Assembly (NCBI GenBank): GCA_022573225.1
Contig: JACZUI010000003.1
Span: 11,798 to 75,797, forward strand
Direction of reading: 5' to 3'
Length of the DNA stretch: 64,000 nt
Source: Acidobacteriota bacterium
GTDB lineage: Bacteria > Actinomycetota > Acidimicrobiia > Spongiisociales > ZC4RG35
Below are positions 1-8,175 of the stretch, in pieces. Numbering within the stretch: position 1 is the stretch's first letter; the number at the start of each line of letters is the position of its first letter. The notes under the pieces are model-generated. The model searched no databases. It had not been told where the DNA came from and saw nothing but the letters and a program-made list of their open reading frames with translations. The translations under genes were made by a program, and so were the position numbers.

Positions 1-240
1 CTGGCCGTTGGTCGGAGGCGCATCTACGACGATCAGACCATCATCGTGCTCGACAACCAGTTGGTAGTACCAGGCATCCTTGATGTAATGGATCCCGCCG
101 CCGAGCGAGCCGGTGTAGTAGCCCTTTGACATGAGATCTTCCATACCGGCTTGGGCGCGGGCGTCATAGGCCGAAGCTAGTACCTCGCCGTACTGGTCCG
201 CCGAGGTGTAGAAACTCAGTGAGGGAAGTGGCTCTGACAT
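1..240 (-). CDS. Hypothetical protein, 5' part only (runs off window start); possibly MBL-fold-like
   Basis: Reverse-strand ORF starting at ATG 240-238 with AGGAG 8 nt upstream; translation MSEPLPSLSFYTSADQYGEVLASAYDARAQAGMEDLMSKGYYTGSLGGGIHYIKDAWYYQLVVEHDDGLIVVDAPP is protein-like. It is not in the ORF track because it runs off the window edge. Confidence 0.45.
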   Translation of the reverse strand, partial: MSEPLPSLSFYTSADQYGEVLASAYDARAQAGMEDLMSKGYYTGSLGGGIHYIKDAWYYQLVVEHDDGLIVVDAPPTNGQ

Positions 241-379
241 GGGTGTCGCTCCTTGTGGTCGTACTCGGGCGCTGTGTCAACCAGCACTGTGCGGTTCGAT
301 ATCCAAAGATAACCGATACTGAACACCGCGTGTCGGGCGGATTGGTAATTTCGACGAGACCAGAGAGATTGGAAACCAA

Positions 380-799
380 ATGGACATCATCGATCGTCAC
401 TTTGCCGCTGAAAACGCTCACGACGTCGAGGCGACCATCGCCACCTACACCGATGACATCGTGTGGGACGATGTCACCCATCCGGATGCGCCGTTTCGGG
501 GCAAGGATGAGGTGGCTTCGGTCTACTCGAGCATTCTCGATGCCATTCCTGATCTGCGACTCGAGTCGGTTCGTCGATTCAGCGGCGAGGGAGGCCGTTA
601 TGTGGTCGACGAGTCGATCCTCAGCGGGCACGTGGATGGCGAGTGGGCCGGGATGAGCGGCGGCGGTGCTCCCGTCAATGTGCGGATCCTCCACATATTC
701 GAGCTGAGGGATGGGTTGATCTCGTACGAGAACGCCTGGTTCGACGCGGCCGCGGTCCAGGCTCAGATACGGGAATGGAGGGGCGCAATCTCTAAGTAG
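380..799 (+). CDS. SnoaL-like / NTF2-family (ketosteroid isomerase-like) protein
   Basis: 139-aa ORF; the size, composition and the DIVWDD...G..GRYVVDESIL pattern fit the SnoaL polyketide cyclase-like fold. Chosen over the overlapping antisense ORF 164..928, which is not protein-like. Confidence 0.55.
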   Translation: MDIIDRHFAAENAHDVEATIATYTDDIVWDDVTHPDAPFRGKDEVASVYSSILDAIPDLRLESVRRFSGEGGRYVVDESILSGHVDGEWAGMSGGGAPVNVRILHIFELRDGLISYENAWFDAAAVQAQIREWRGAISK

Positions 800-1415
800 G
801 GGCCGTCCTATCGTCGGCTCCTCGATCAACGACGAGCCAAATCGCGTGGACTGGCTCGTCGCCCATGTTGTACAACCTGTGAGGTTTTGTTGACTCGAAA
901 CCAATGGAATCACCGGCCTCGAGCACATAGTGATCGAATCCCAACTGAATACCCAAGGTTCCTGAAATCACATACCCGTACTCATGCCCTTCGTGACGCA
1001 TCAACGACTCATCCGGCGTTGATGCACCGCCGACCTTATAAATGGCGTGGAGAAAATCGATACCACGTTCTGGGGAAGGTGTGAGCTCCTCCCATCGCAC
1101 GCCCGAAGCGAGATCAATCCCTTTGCGTTCGTCGGGATGGACCATCGGGCTGATAGGTGCCATGTCGTCGGAACGTTGGTCAGAGGGCTGAGTTGAGGCA
1201 TCTTCATGCCCGCGAAGCAAGCCATCGAGGGAGAGGTCCAGCTCGGTGACGATCGCGTAGAGCGTCCCTACCGACGGCTTGGAGACACCCTTCTCCAATT
1301 GCGAAATCAGGCTTGCCGACAATCCGAGTCGTCTGGCTAGCTCCCGTTGACTCAGGCCGGCTTTGGTTCGCTCTTCACGAAGGCGGTCGCCGATTCCCTC
1401 TAACTCTTGGCTCAA
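792..1415 (-). CDS. XRE-family HTH transcriptional regulator with C-terminal cupin domain
   Basis: N-terminal LSQRELARRLGLSASLISQLEKG is a classic XRE HTH. The C-terminal GHEYGYVISGTLGIQLGFDHYVLEAGDSIGFESTKPHRLYN is a cupin sensor domain. It is divergent from lhgO. Confidence 0.8.
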   Translation of the reverse strand: MSQELEGIGDRLREERTKAGLSQRELARRLGLSASLISQLEKGVSKPSVGTLYAIVTELDLSLDGLLRGHEDASTQPSDQRSDDMAPISPMVHPDERKGIDLASGVRWEELTPSPERGIDFLHAIYKVGGASTPDESLMRHEGHEYGYVISGTLGIQLGFDHYVLEAGDSIGFESTKPHRLYNMGDEPVHAIWLVVDRGADDRTAPT

Positions 1416-1685
1416 CGACCGACTCCTGTCATCTGGCGTGGAAGTATCGACACCAAATCGACCTTACATCGGACTCAGGTCGGCATCGATGTCGATATCG
1501 ACGCCAATACCGTCGGTCCCCTCGAGCTATGAACACGGCTCTGTCGGTCATCTCGCCCTCCAAATCTCTTGAATGGCACACTTGTCCACCCATGAAAGGC
1601 CTTACACGCCAGGCCGAAGCCTATCCAGGGTCGGCGACGGCTGTGCAGTGCGACTGCGCATGTCTCTTCTTCCGAGAGGATCCTC

Positions 1686-2894
1686 ATGAGCTCTCGATAT
1701 GACGTGTGCATCATCGGAGCGGGCTTGGTCGGACTGTCGGTTGGGCGGGCACTGGCCGAGGCCTACCCGGGAATCTCACAGGTCATTCTCGAGAAGGAGG
1801 ACGATGTGGCTACCCACCAGAGCGGCCACAACAGCGGTGTGGTTCATTCGGGTCTCTACTACCGGCCGGGCTCTCTCAAAGCGCGGCTGTGTGTTGAGGG
1901 ACGGTTGGAACTGGCCCGATTCTGCGAGGAGCAGGGAGTGCCATTTCGGCAGGCGGGCAAGTTGGTCATAGCGACCAAGCCTTCGGAGATCGAGGCTCTC
2001 GAAGAGCTCCACCGGCGAGGAGCCAAGAATGGGTTGACGGGGTTGCGCAGACTCGACTCGACCGAGATCAAAGAGTTGGAGCCGGCCGCGGCTGGAGTCG
2101 CCGCCCTGCATGTGCCCGAAGCAGGTGTTGTCGACTTTCCCATGATGGCACGAGCGTTGGCCGCTGGATTGCGTGCGACAGGCGCCGAGGTGCTCACAGG
2201 TCGCCGTGTCGAGGCTATTTCCTTTGGCTCTGGCGGAGTGCGGATCAGAACCGCCGACCAGGAGATTCGTGCCTCTGTGGCAGTGAATTGCGCGGGACTC
2301 CACACCGACAGAGTCGCGGCTATGGCGGGTGTTGTCAGTGACATTCAGATCGTTCCGTTCCGCGGCGAGTACTACACCCTCACCGATGAGGCGGCCGGTT
2401 TGGTGAAGTCGCTGATCTATCCGGTGCCCGACCCTCGATTTCCTTTCTTGGGGGTCCACTTCACCCGCCGAATCGACGACACGGTCGAAGTGGGACCGAA
2501 CGCAGTTCTCGCCTTGGGACGCGAGCATTATCGAGGTTCGCGGCCTGATTGGTCTGATGTGCGGGAAGTTCTGGGCTGGCGAGGTTTCCGCAAGCTGGCT
2601 AGCCGGCAGTTGTGGGCGGGGTCGAGCGAGTTCATCCGGTCGCGTTCGAAGACCATGTACTCGAGGTCGGCTCGTTCCCTCCTACCTGCCGTGAGACGGC
2701 ATCATCTGATCACTGGGGGCGCCGGGGTCAGAGCCCAGGCTGTCGCTTCAGACGGTCGACTTGTGGACGAGTTCGTGATCGAGGAGGCCGGTCCGACAGT
2801 CCATGTCCTGAACGCGCCCTCGCCCGGGGCGACCTCGAGTCTGGCAATCGGCAGGCACATCGCAGGGCTGGTAAGCCGGCATCTAACAGGCTGA
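1686..2894 (+). CDS. lhgO: L-2-hydroxyglutarate oxidase / FAD-dependent oxidoreductase (LhgO/YgaF family)
   Basis: 402 aa. N-terminal dinucleotide-binding motif DVCIIGAGLVGLSVGRALA, then HQSGHNSGVVHSGLYY and the C-terminal GPTVHVLNAPSPGATSSLAIG typical of LhgO. Confidence 0.75.
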   Translation: MSSRYDVCIIGAGLVGLSVGRALAEAYPGISQVILEKEDDVATHQSGHNSGVVHSGLYYRPGSLKARLCVEGRLELARFCEEQGVPFRQAGKLVIATKPSEIEALEELHRRGAKNGLTGLRRLDSTEIKELEPAAAGVAALHVPEAGVVDFPMMARALAAGLRATGAEVLTGRRVEAISFGSGGVRIRTADQEIRASVAVNCAGLHTDRVAAMAGVVSDIQIVPFRGEYYTLTDEAAGLVKSLIYPVPDPRFPFLGVHFTRRIDDTVEVGPNAVLALGREHYRGSRPDWSDVREVLGWRGFRKLASRQLWAGSSEFIRSRSKTMYSRSARSLLPAVRRHHLITGGAGVRAQAVASDGRLVDEFVIEEAGPTVHVLNAPSPGATSSLAIGRHIAGLVSRHLTG

Positions 2895-3009
2895 TGACGT
2901 ATCAAAATGTGTAGTGTCACTGCACAGTGAGTCTCGGTAAAACACCCCGGCGCCTTAGCGCGAACCGACCACATGCTGGTCCAAGTAACTCTTGGAAAGG
3001 GAGGCATAT

Positions 3010-4266
3010 ATGAGCGATGAGTTCCCCGTCGCCACCAGTCCTGCCCCTGGAATAATGGGCGTCGATTGGGAGAACCGCGTCGACTTCGAGCGTCTCCGTA
3101 AGCATCGGATCGCTCGAACCCGTCAGATGCTGGAGAAGGAAGATCTGGGTGCCTTGCTGTTGTTCGAGACCTCGAACATCCGTTACGCCACGTCGACCCA
3201 GATCGGATATTGGGCCTTCAACAAGGGCGAGCGCTACGCCCTTGTCACCCGGGAGGGGCGACCCCGGATTTGGGACTTTGGGTCCGCCGCCAAGGCGCAC
3301 CGACTGCAACTACCTCACATGTATGACGCCGAGAATTCGGTGGGTGGCAACACGGGTTTGCAGGGTGCAATCGGGCCAGAGACAGGTCTCCACTCGCGGG
3401 CAGCCAAGGAGATCCGTGAGGTTCTCGCGACGGAGGGTCTGGCGGGGGAACGTCTGGGTGTGGATCTCGCCGAGACCGGTGTCTTTTTGGCCCTCCAGGC
3501 CGAGGGTTTGAACGTTGTAGACGGCCAACAAGCGATGATGAAGGCACGAGAGCTGAAGAATCCGGACGAGATACTTCTTCTGACCCAGGCATGTGCCATG
3601 GTCGACGGTGTCTATCAAGACATCTTCGAAGCCCTCAAGCCGGGCATCAGAGAATCCGATATCGTCGGTCTCGCCCATGCCCGACTGTTCGAGATGGGCT
3701 CGGAGTTCGTCGAGGCGATCAACTCGATCGCCGGTGAGCGGTGCAGCCCCCATCCCCACGTATTCTCAGATCGGCTGATTCGCCCCGGGGACCAGGCGTA
3801 TTTCGACATCATCCACGTGTTCAACGGCTATCGCACCTGCTACTACCGGACATTTGCAGTGGGACGGGCAACACAGGCGCAACGTGACGCGTTCAAGCAG
3901 TCGCGAGAGTGGATGGACGCGGCCATCGACCTGGTTCGGCCGGGCACCACCACAGATCAAATCGCCAAGATGTGGCCGCGCGCCGAAGAGTTCGGATTCG
4001 ACGACGAGATGGATGCGTTCGGGCTCCAGTTCGGGCATGGGGTGGGAGTGGGCCTTCACGAGAGGCCGATCATCAGCCGTCTCAACTCGCTCGACAGCCC
4101 TGTCGAGATCAAAGAGGGGATGGTCTTCGCTTTGGAGACCTACGCGCCGGCAACAGACGGACGCTCGGCCGCAAGGATCGAAGAGGAGGTGGTGGTTACG
4201 GCCGATGGGTGCAACGTGATCACTCTGTTCCCCTGTGAGGAACTCATGGTTGCCAATGAGTACTGA
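3010..4266 (+). CDS. M24-family metallopeptidase/hydrolase (Xaa-Pro dipeptidase / creatinase / ectoine-hydrolase-like)
   Basis: ATG at 3010 preceded by the GGAAAGGGAGG Shine-Dalgarno. It has a creatinase-like N-domain and a pita-bread C-domain with the HGVGVGLHE and FALET metal-ligand motifs. Confidence 0.8.
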   Translation: MSDEFPVATSPAPGIMGVDWENRVDFERLRKHRIARTRQMLEKEDLGALLLFETSNIRYATSTQIGYWAFNKGERYALVTREGRPRIWDFGSAAKAHRLQLPHMYDAENSVGGNTGLQGAIGPETGLHSRAAKEIREVLATEGLAGERLGVDLAETGVFLALQAEGLNVVDGQQAMMKARELKNPDEILLLTQACAMVDGVYQDIFEALKPGIRESDIVGLAHARLFEMGSEFVEAINSIAGERCSPHPHVFSDRLIRPGDQAYFDIIHVFNGYRTCYYRTFAVGRATQAQRDAFKQSREWMDAAIDLVRPGTTTDQIAKMWPRAEEFGFDDEMDAFGLQFGHGVGVGLHERPIISRLNSLDSPVEIKEGMVFALETYAPATDGRSAARIEEEVVVTADGCNVITLFPCEELMVANEY

Positions 4267-5317
4267 TCCGATGTACGACTACTCATCCCGACCGTCTCGT
4301 CTTCCGTTGCCAGTCGACGAGAGGATGGCCTCGGCCGACATCGATCTCGGTCAACGCAAGTCGATATATCGGTCGCTTCAAGAGTTGAGGCAGTTCGAGA
4401 AGCGTGCCCACGATCTTTTTCTCCAGAACCTTGTGAAAGGAACCACCCACCTATCTCTAGGGATGGAAGCCGTGGCGGCCGGGTTTGGCGCCGCTATGCG
4501 CCCTGATGATTACACCTTCGCGACTTACCGAGGTCACGCCCATGCCCTGGCCCGCGGAATGGAAATGGGACCGGCGATGGCAGAGTTGCTGGGACGATCC
4601 AACGGGGTGCTTGGCGGCAAAGGCGGGTCTATGCACTTGACCGATGTCTCCAGAGGGATGATGGGGTCGTACGCCATCATCGGCGCTCACCTGTGCATTG
4701 CCAACGGAGCGGCTTGGTCGGCTCAGATGAGGGGAAGCGGGCAGGTGACGGTGTGCTTCTTTGGCGACGGCACCACGAACATCGGGGCGTTCCATGAGGC
4801 CCTCAACATGGCAAAGGTCTGGCAACTTCCGGTCGTTTTCGTTTGTGAGAACAACCTGTACATGGAGTACACACCGATCGATCTGATCACCGCGGTGCCG
4901 CATCCTGCCGCGGACCGCGCTGCTTCCTACGGCCTCGAGTCCGTCATCGTTGACGGAAACGACCCAGATGCCGTTTATCTGGCCGCAGGCAAGGCCATAG
5001 GACGGGCCCGAGAAGGCGGCGGACCTGCGCTGATCGAGGCTACAACCTATAGAACCGGTGGGCACTCCAGGGCCGACCCCGCCAAGTACCGCCCATTGGA
5101 AGAGGTGGAGGCGTGGGCCCAACGCGACCCGATACCCATGTACCACGCGCGCCTTCTTGGGCTCGGAGTGGCAGAAGGCGAATTGAGCTCAATCGAACGT
5201 GATGTTGCCGCTGACGTCGACGCTGCGACCGAGTTCGCCAAAGCCGGGGAAGAGCCGACAGGTGAGGCACTCCTCACCGAGGTCTACGCCGACGGGAGTT
5301 CGAGATGGCGGAACTGA
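4256..5317 (+). CDS. Thiamine-diphosphate-dependent 2-oxoacid dehydrogenase E1 component alpha subunit (PdhA/AcoA-like)
   Basis: TPP-binding GDG...NN motif (CFFGDGTTNIGAFHEALNMAKVWQLPVVFVCENNLY) and the YRTGGHS motif. Start taken at MSTDPMYDY. Confidence 0.85.
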   Translation: MSTDPMYDYSSRPSRLPLPVDERMASADIDLGQRKSIYRSLQELRQFEKRAHDLFLQNLVKGTTHLSLGMEAVAAGFGAAMRPDDYTFATYRGHAHALARGMEMGPAMAELLGRSNGVLGGKGGSMHLTDVSRGMMGSYAIIGAHLCIANGAAWSAQMRGSGQVTVCFFGDGTTNIGAFHEALNMAKVWQLPVVFVCENNLYMEYTPIDLITAVPHPAADRAASYGLESVIVDGNDPDAVYLAAGKAIGRAREGGGPALIEATTYRTGGHSRADPAKYRPLEEVEAWAQRDPIPMYHARLLGLGVAEGELSSIERDVAADVDAATEFAKAGEEPTGEALLTEVYADGSSRWRN

Positions 5318-6282
5318 CTTATCGGGAAGCGGTGGCGGCCGGCATTGCCCAGGAGATGAGAAGGGATCCATCGCTGGTGATGCTCGGAGAGGATGTGGCC
5401 GCAGCCGGCGGAGTCTTCAAGACAACCGTCGGCTTGCTCGATGAGTTCGGGCCTGATCGGGTCCGAGACACCCCCATATCCGAGCAGGCGATCCTGGGGG
5501 CAGCGATGGGGGCATCGATGACCGGTGTCCCGGTGATCGCTGAGATCATGTTCTCTGACTTCCTCGCAGTTTGTTGGGACATGATTGCGAATGAGATCGC
5601 CAAGAGCCGATATATGACCGACGGGCAGGTTAGTTTCCCCTTGGTCATCCGGACCGCAAATGGTGGAGCGGCCCGCTTTGGGGCACAGCACTCGCAGAGT
5701 GTCGAGAACTGGGCGATGATGATTCCGGGTTTGAAGGTGGTTGCACCTTCGACGCCCGCTGACACTGTGGCATTGATGGCAGCGGCGGTGCGCGATCCCG
5801 ACCCGGTGATCTTCTTCGAGCACAAGTCTCTGTTCGCCACCAAAGGCGAAGTCCCGGAAGTCGAAGTCGTGGGCCGACTCGGTGAAGCTTCGATCGTGCG
5901 GGAAGGCAGCGATGCCACTGTTGCAGCGCTGGCACTCATGGTTCCCCGAGCCCTGGAGGCGGCCGACCGGCTCCAGCAGGAGGAGGGAATCTCGGTCGAG
6001 GTGATCGATGTCCGATCGCTGGTCCCCTTGGACACGAAAACCCTCCTGGCTTCCGTAGAGAAAACAAGTCGGCTGTTCACCGTCGAAGAGAACCCAAGGC
6101 TGTGCGGCTGGGGTGCCGAGCTGATATCGATCGTGGGTGAGGAGGCGTTCTGGAACCTCGACGGGCCTCTGGTGCGTATAACGACTCCCCACATCCCTTT
6201 GCCGGCCGCCGCGAGCCTCGAGGATTTGGCGATTCCGTCAGTGGATCGGATCTATGAGACGGTTAAGTCGTCTCTCCGTTAG
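5305..6282 (+). CDS. 2-oxoacid dehydrogenase E1 component beta subunit (transketolase-like)
   Basis: 325 aa with the typical E1-beta N-terminus MAELTYREAVAAGIAQEMRRDPSLVMLGEDV. It overlaps the alpha gene by 13 nt, which suggests translational coupling. Confidence 0.85.
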   Translation: MAELTYREAVAAGIAQEMRRDPSLVMLGEDVAAAGGVFKTTVGLLDEFGPDRVRDTPISEQAILGAAMGASMTGVPVIAEIMFSDFLAVCWDMIANEIAKSRYMTDGQVSFPLVIRTANGGAARFGAQHSQSVENWAMMIPGLKVVAPSTPADTVALMAAAVRDPDPVIFFEHKSLFATKGEVPEVEVVGRLGEASIVREGSDATVAALALMVPRALEAADRLQQEEGISVEVIDVRSLVPLDTKTLLASVEKTSRLFTVEENPRLCGWGAELISIVGEEAFWNLDGPLVRITTPHIPLPAAASLEDLAIPSVDRIYETVKSSLR

Positions 6283-6357
6283 CCAACGCGAACAAGCCAT
6301 CAAGGCCTCCGACCTTTTTCAACATACCTCGCGCGCCGACAACGCATAGGAGATGAC

Positions 6358-6963
6358 GTGAACCAACCCATGCCCCAAGAGCACCCGAAAGATGAGTCCG
6401 TCACTTACGTCATCAACCACAACGTTCAGCCGCATCGGAGGGAGGACTTTGAAGAATGGATGAGCGGGATCGCAGCCGATGTTGAACGGTTTCACGGTCA
6501 TCAAGGGACCACTGTGCTGCGGCCGGACTCCGGCAGCACTGAATATGTCATCGTTGTCCGTTTCGCCACCTATGGCGACTTGCGAAGGTGGGAGCGCTCT
6601 CCGGAGCGGGCTGACTGGCTCGTGAAACTCCCCCCGTTGGTGTCCGATGAGTCGGTCTACACGATCGAGACGGGGCTGGAGACCTGGTTCCAGCTTCCAG
6701 GCCATCAAGTGGTTGTACCTCCCCCTAAATACAAGATGGCAATGTTGGTCACTTTGGCCATTTACCCCCTCTTGCTGATCGTCATCCCGACACTCGGAGC
6801 GCTGCTTGGCGACTTCCCCTACCTGGCGGCCCCGATGACCGTCGGCCCTGAGTTCTTCACACGAACTCTCGCGAACGTCCTGGTTCTAGTCCCATTGATG
6901 ACCTGGTTCGCCATGCCGCAGCTCACCAAGCTCTTCCGACGCTGGCTGTATCCGACCAGGTAG
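6358..6963 (+). CDS. ABM (antibiotic biosynthesis monooxygenase-like) domain protein with C-terminal transmembrane segments
   Basis: The N-terminal ~100 aa look like a ferredoxin-like ABM/Dabb domain (VTYVINHNVQPHRREDFEEWM...). The C-terminus has 2-3 hydrophobic helices. Confidence 0.55.
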   Translation: MNQPMPQEHPKDESVTYVINHNVQPHRREDFEEWMSGIAADVERFHGHQGTTVLRPDSGSTEYVIVVRFATYGDLRRWERSPERADWLVKLPPLVSDESVYTIETGLETWFQLPGHQVVVPPPKYKMAMLVTLAIYPLLLIVIPTLGALLGDFPYLAAPMTVGPEFFTRTLANVLVLVPLMTWFAMPQLTKLFRRWLYPTR

Positions 6964-7159
6964 CCCGCGCTGTGAAAGAATCGGAGATTCCAACAAGCCG
7001 CCCATGCCTGAGGCGTAGATCACGACATCATGCTGACCCAGGGCATGCATCAAATGTGGAGATTCTCCCTCGGCTGCTGCGAGGTCGTGGACCCACGACG
7101 TCCATTCGGTGGGTACTGGTTGTGGAGAGGCCCTTTGGCTGATCTCAACGCCTGGAAGG

Positions 7160-8086
7160 TCAGGCTAGGACTCGTCGATTGGCGCGGTCTTCGATGAAAT
7201 CGGCGAGTTGAACAAACGGATCGAAACCGACGACATTGGCCGCATCCGCCACGAAGTTGGATAGGACGTTGATGTCGTAGAAGTAGGCCTCACCATCGAA
7301 ATCGCTCACCAGATATTCCACGCCACCGAGATCAGCGCCAGTTGCTTCGATGATGCGGGCCGCTTGGTCGATGAGGTGATCAGGGGGGGTGTATCCCTTC
7401 ACGAGGTCGCTCGCATCGGCGATACCTTGTGCCGGGTCGCAGTAGTCGGCCGGACAGAGGTTGAACGAGCCGGGTATCAGTTGCAGTCGGATCGCGTATA
7501 GGAAGTTTCCATTGAGGATCTCGACTCTCACGATCGAGTTGTCCCGGGCTGCAAGTTTCTCCTGGACCAGACCTGTGCCGTCTGGCCCGAGGTCGTCCAC
7601 CAGCCCTGCTTCGACCGCGGCGGCTAGCTCTGCCGGTGTCTGATGCTCGGTGATGCCAGCGCCACTGCCGCCGATGTTCGGCTTCACCAGCACAGGGAAG
7701 GTCAGATCGATCGCCGCGGTAAGGATCTCCCCGCTGTTCAAAATTGGACGCCCCTCGGGATGACGGACCCGCATACTCCTGAGCAAGTCCAGCTGCTTTC
7801 GCTTGGACAGCTCAAACTCATATGACGCCGAACCATTGATAACCGGAACTCCGGCCGACTCGACCCTGCGGAGAAACTCGGGGGTCTGGAGCAAAGCAGT
7901 CATGTGGCCCCTCGTCCATGCCGAGGGACTCATGCGGTTGACCAAGACATCCCACTGACCAACAAACGTTGGGTCGAACTCGAGACTGGACGCGTCGACC
8001 GAGGACCATTCGAGACCCCGGCGATCCAACTCGCCGAACAGCGGCGCGTTCCATTTTGGATGCTCGTGGAAGACAGCGATCGACAA
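7160..8086 (-). CDS. ATP-grasp domain protein (RimK / alpha-L-glutamate ligase-like)
   Basis: 308 aa; the VLVKPNIGGSGAGI...EKL...VRVEILNGNFLYAIRL core and the C-terminal GADLGGVEYL are characteristic of RimK-type ATP-grasp ligases. Confidence 0.75.
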   Translation of the reverse strand: MSIAVFHEHPKWNAPLFGELDRRGLEWSSVDASSLEFDPTFVGQWDVLVNRMSPSAWTRGHMTALLQTPEFLRRVESAGVPVINGSASYEFELSKRKQLDLLRSMRVRHPEGRPILNSGEILTAAIDLTFPVLVKPNIGGSGAGITEHQTPAELAAAVEAGLVDDLGPDGTGLVQEKLAARDNSIVRVEILNGNFLYAIRLQLIPGSFNLCPADYCDPAQGIADASDLVKGYTPPDHLIDQAARIIEATGADLGGVEYLVSDFDGEAYFYDINVLSNFVADAANVVGFDPFVQLADFIEDRANRRVLA

Positions 8087-8175
8087 AGGGGCCTCTCTTG
8101 CTTGCTCGGTGAATTAACCCTATGCAGGTAGTGGTAATTCCATCAACCACCAAACAGAATCATCCGACGCTTCGG

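Noticed and set aside
164-928. 254-aa minus-strand ORF overlapping the SnoaL-like gene
   Set aside because: The translation is Arg/Pro/Ser-rich and low-complexity with no domain-like segments. It is the antisense of a protein-like ORF and of the regulator's 3' end, a typical high-GC shadow ORF.
5284-6194. Two ~300-aa minus-strand ORFs
   Set aside because: Both are antisense to the E1 beta gene, which shows clear family conservation; the translations have no features.
7080-7120. GC-rich hairpin (GTCGTGG..CCACGAC) between the convergent ABM and ATP-grasp genes, as an intrinsic terminator
   Set aside because: The loop is only 1-2 nt if fully paired, and there is no downstream U-tract on either strand. 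Intrinsic terminators are poorly defined in high-GC actinobacteria, so it was not called.
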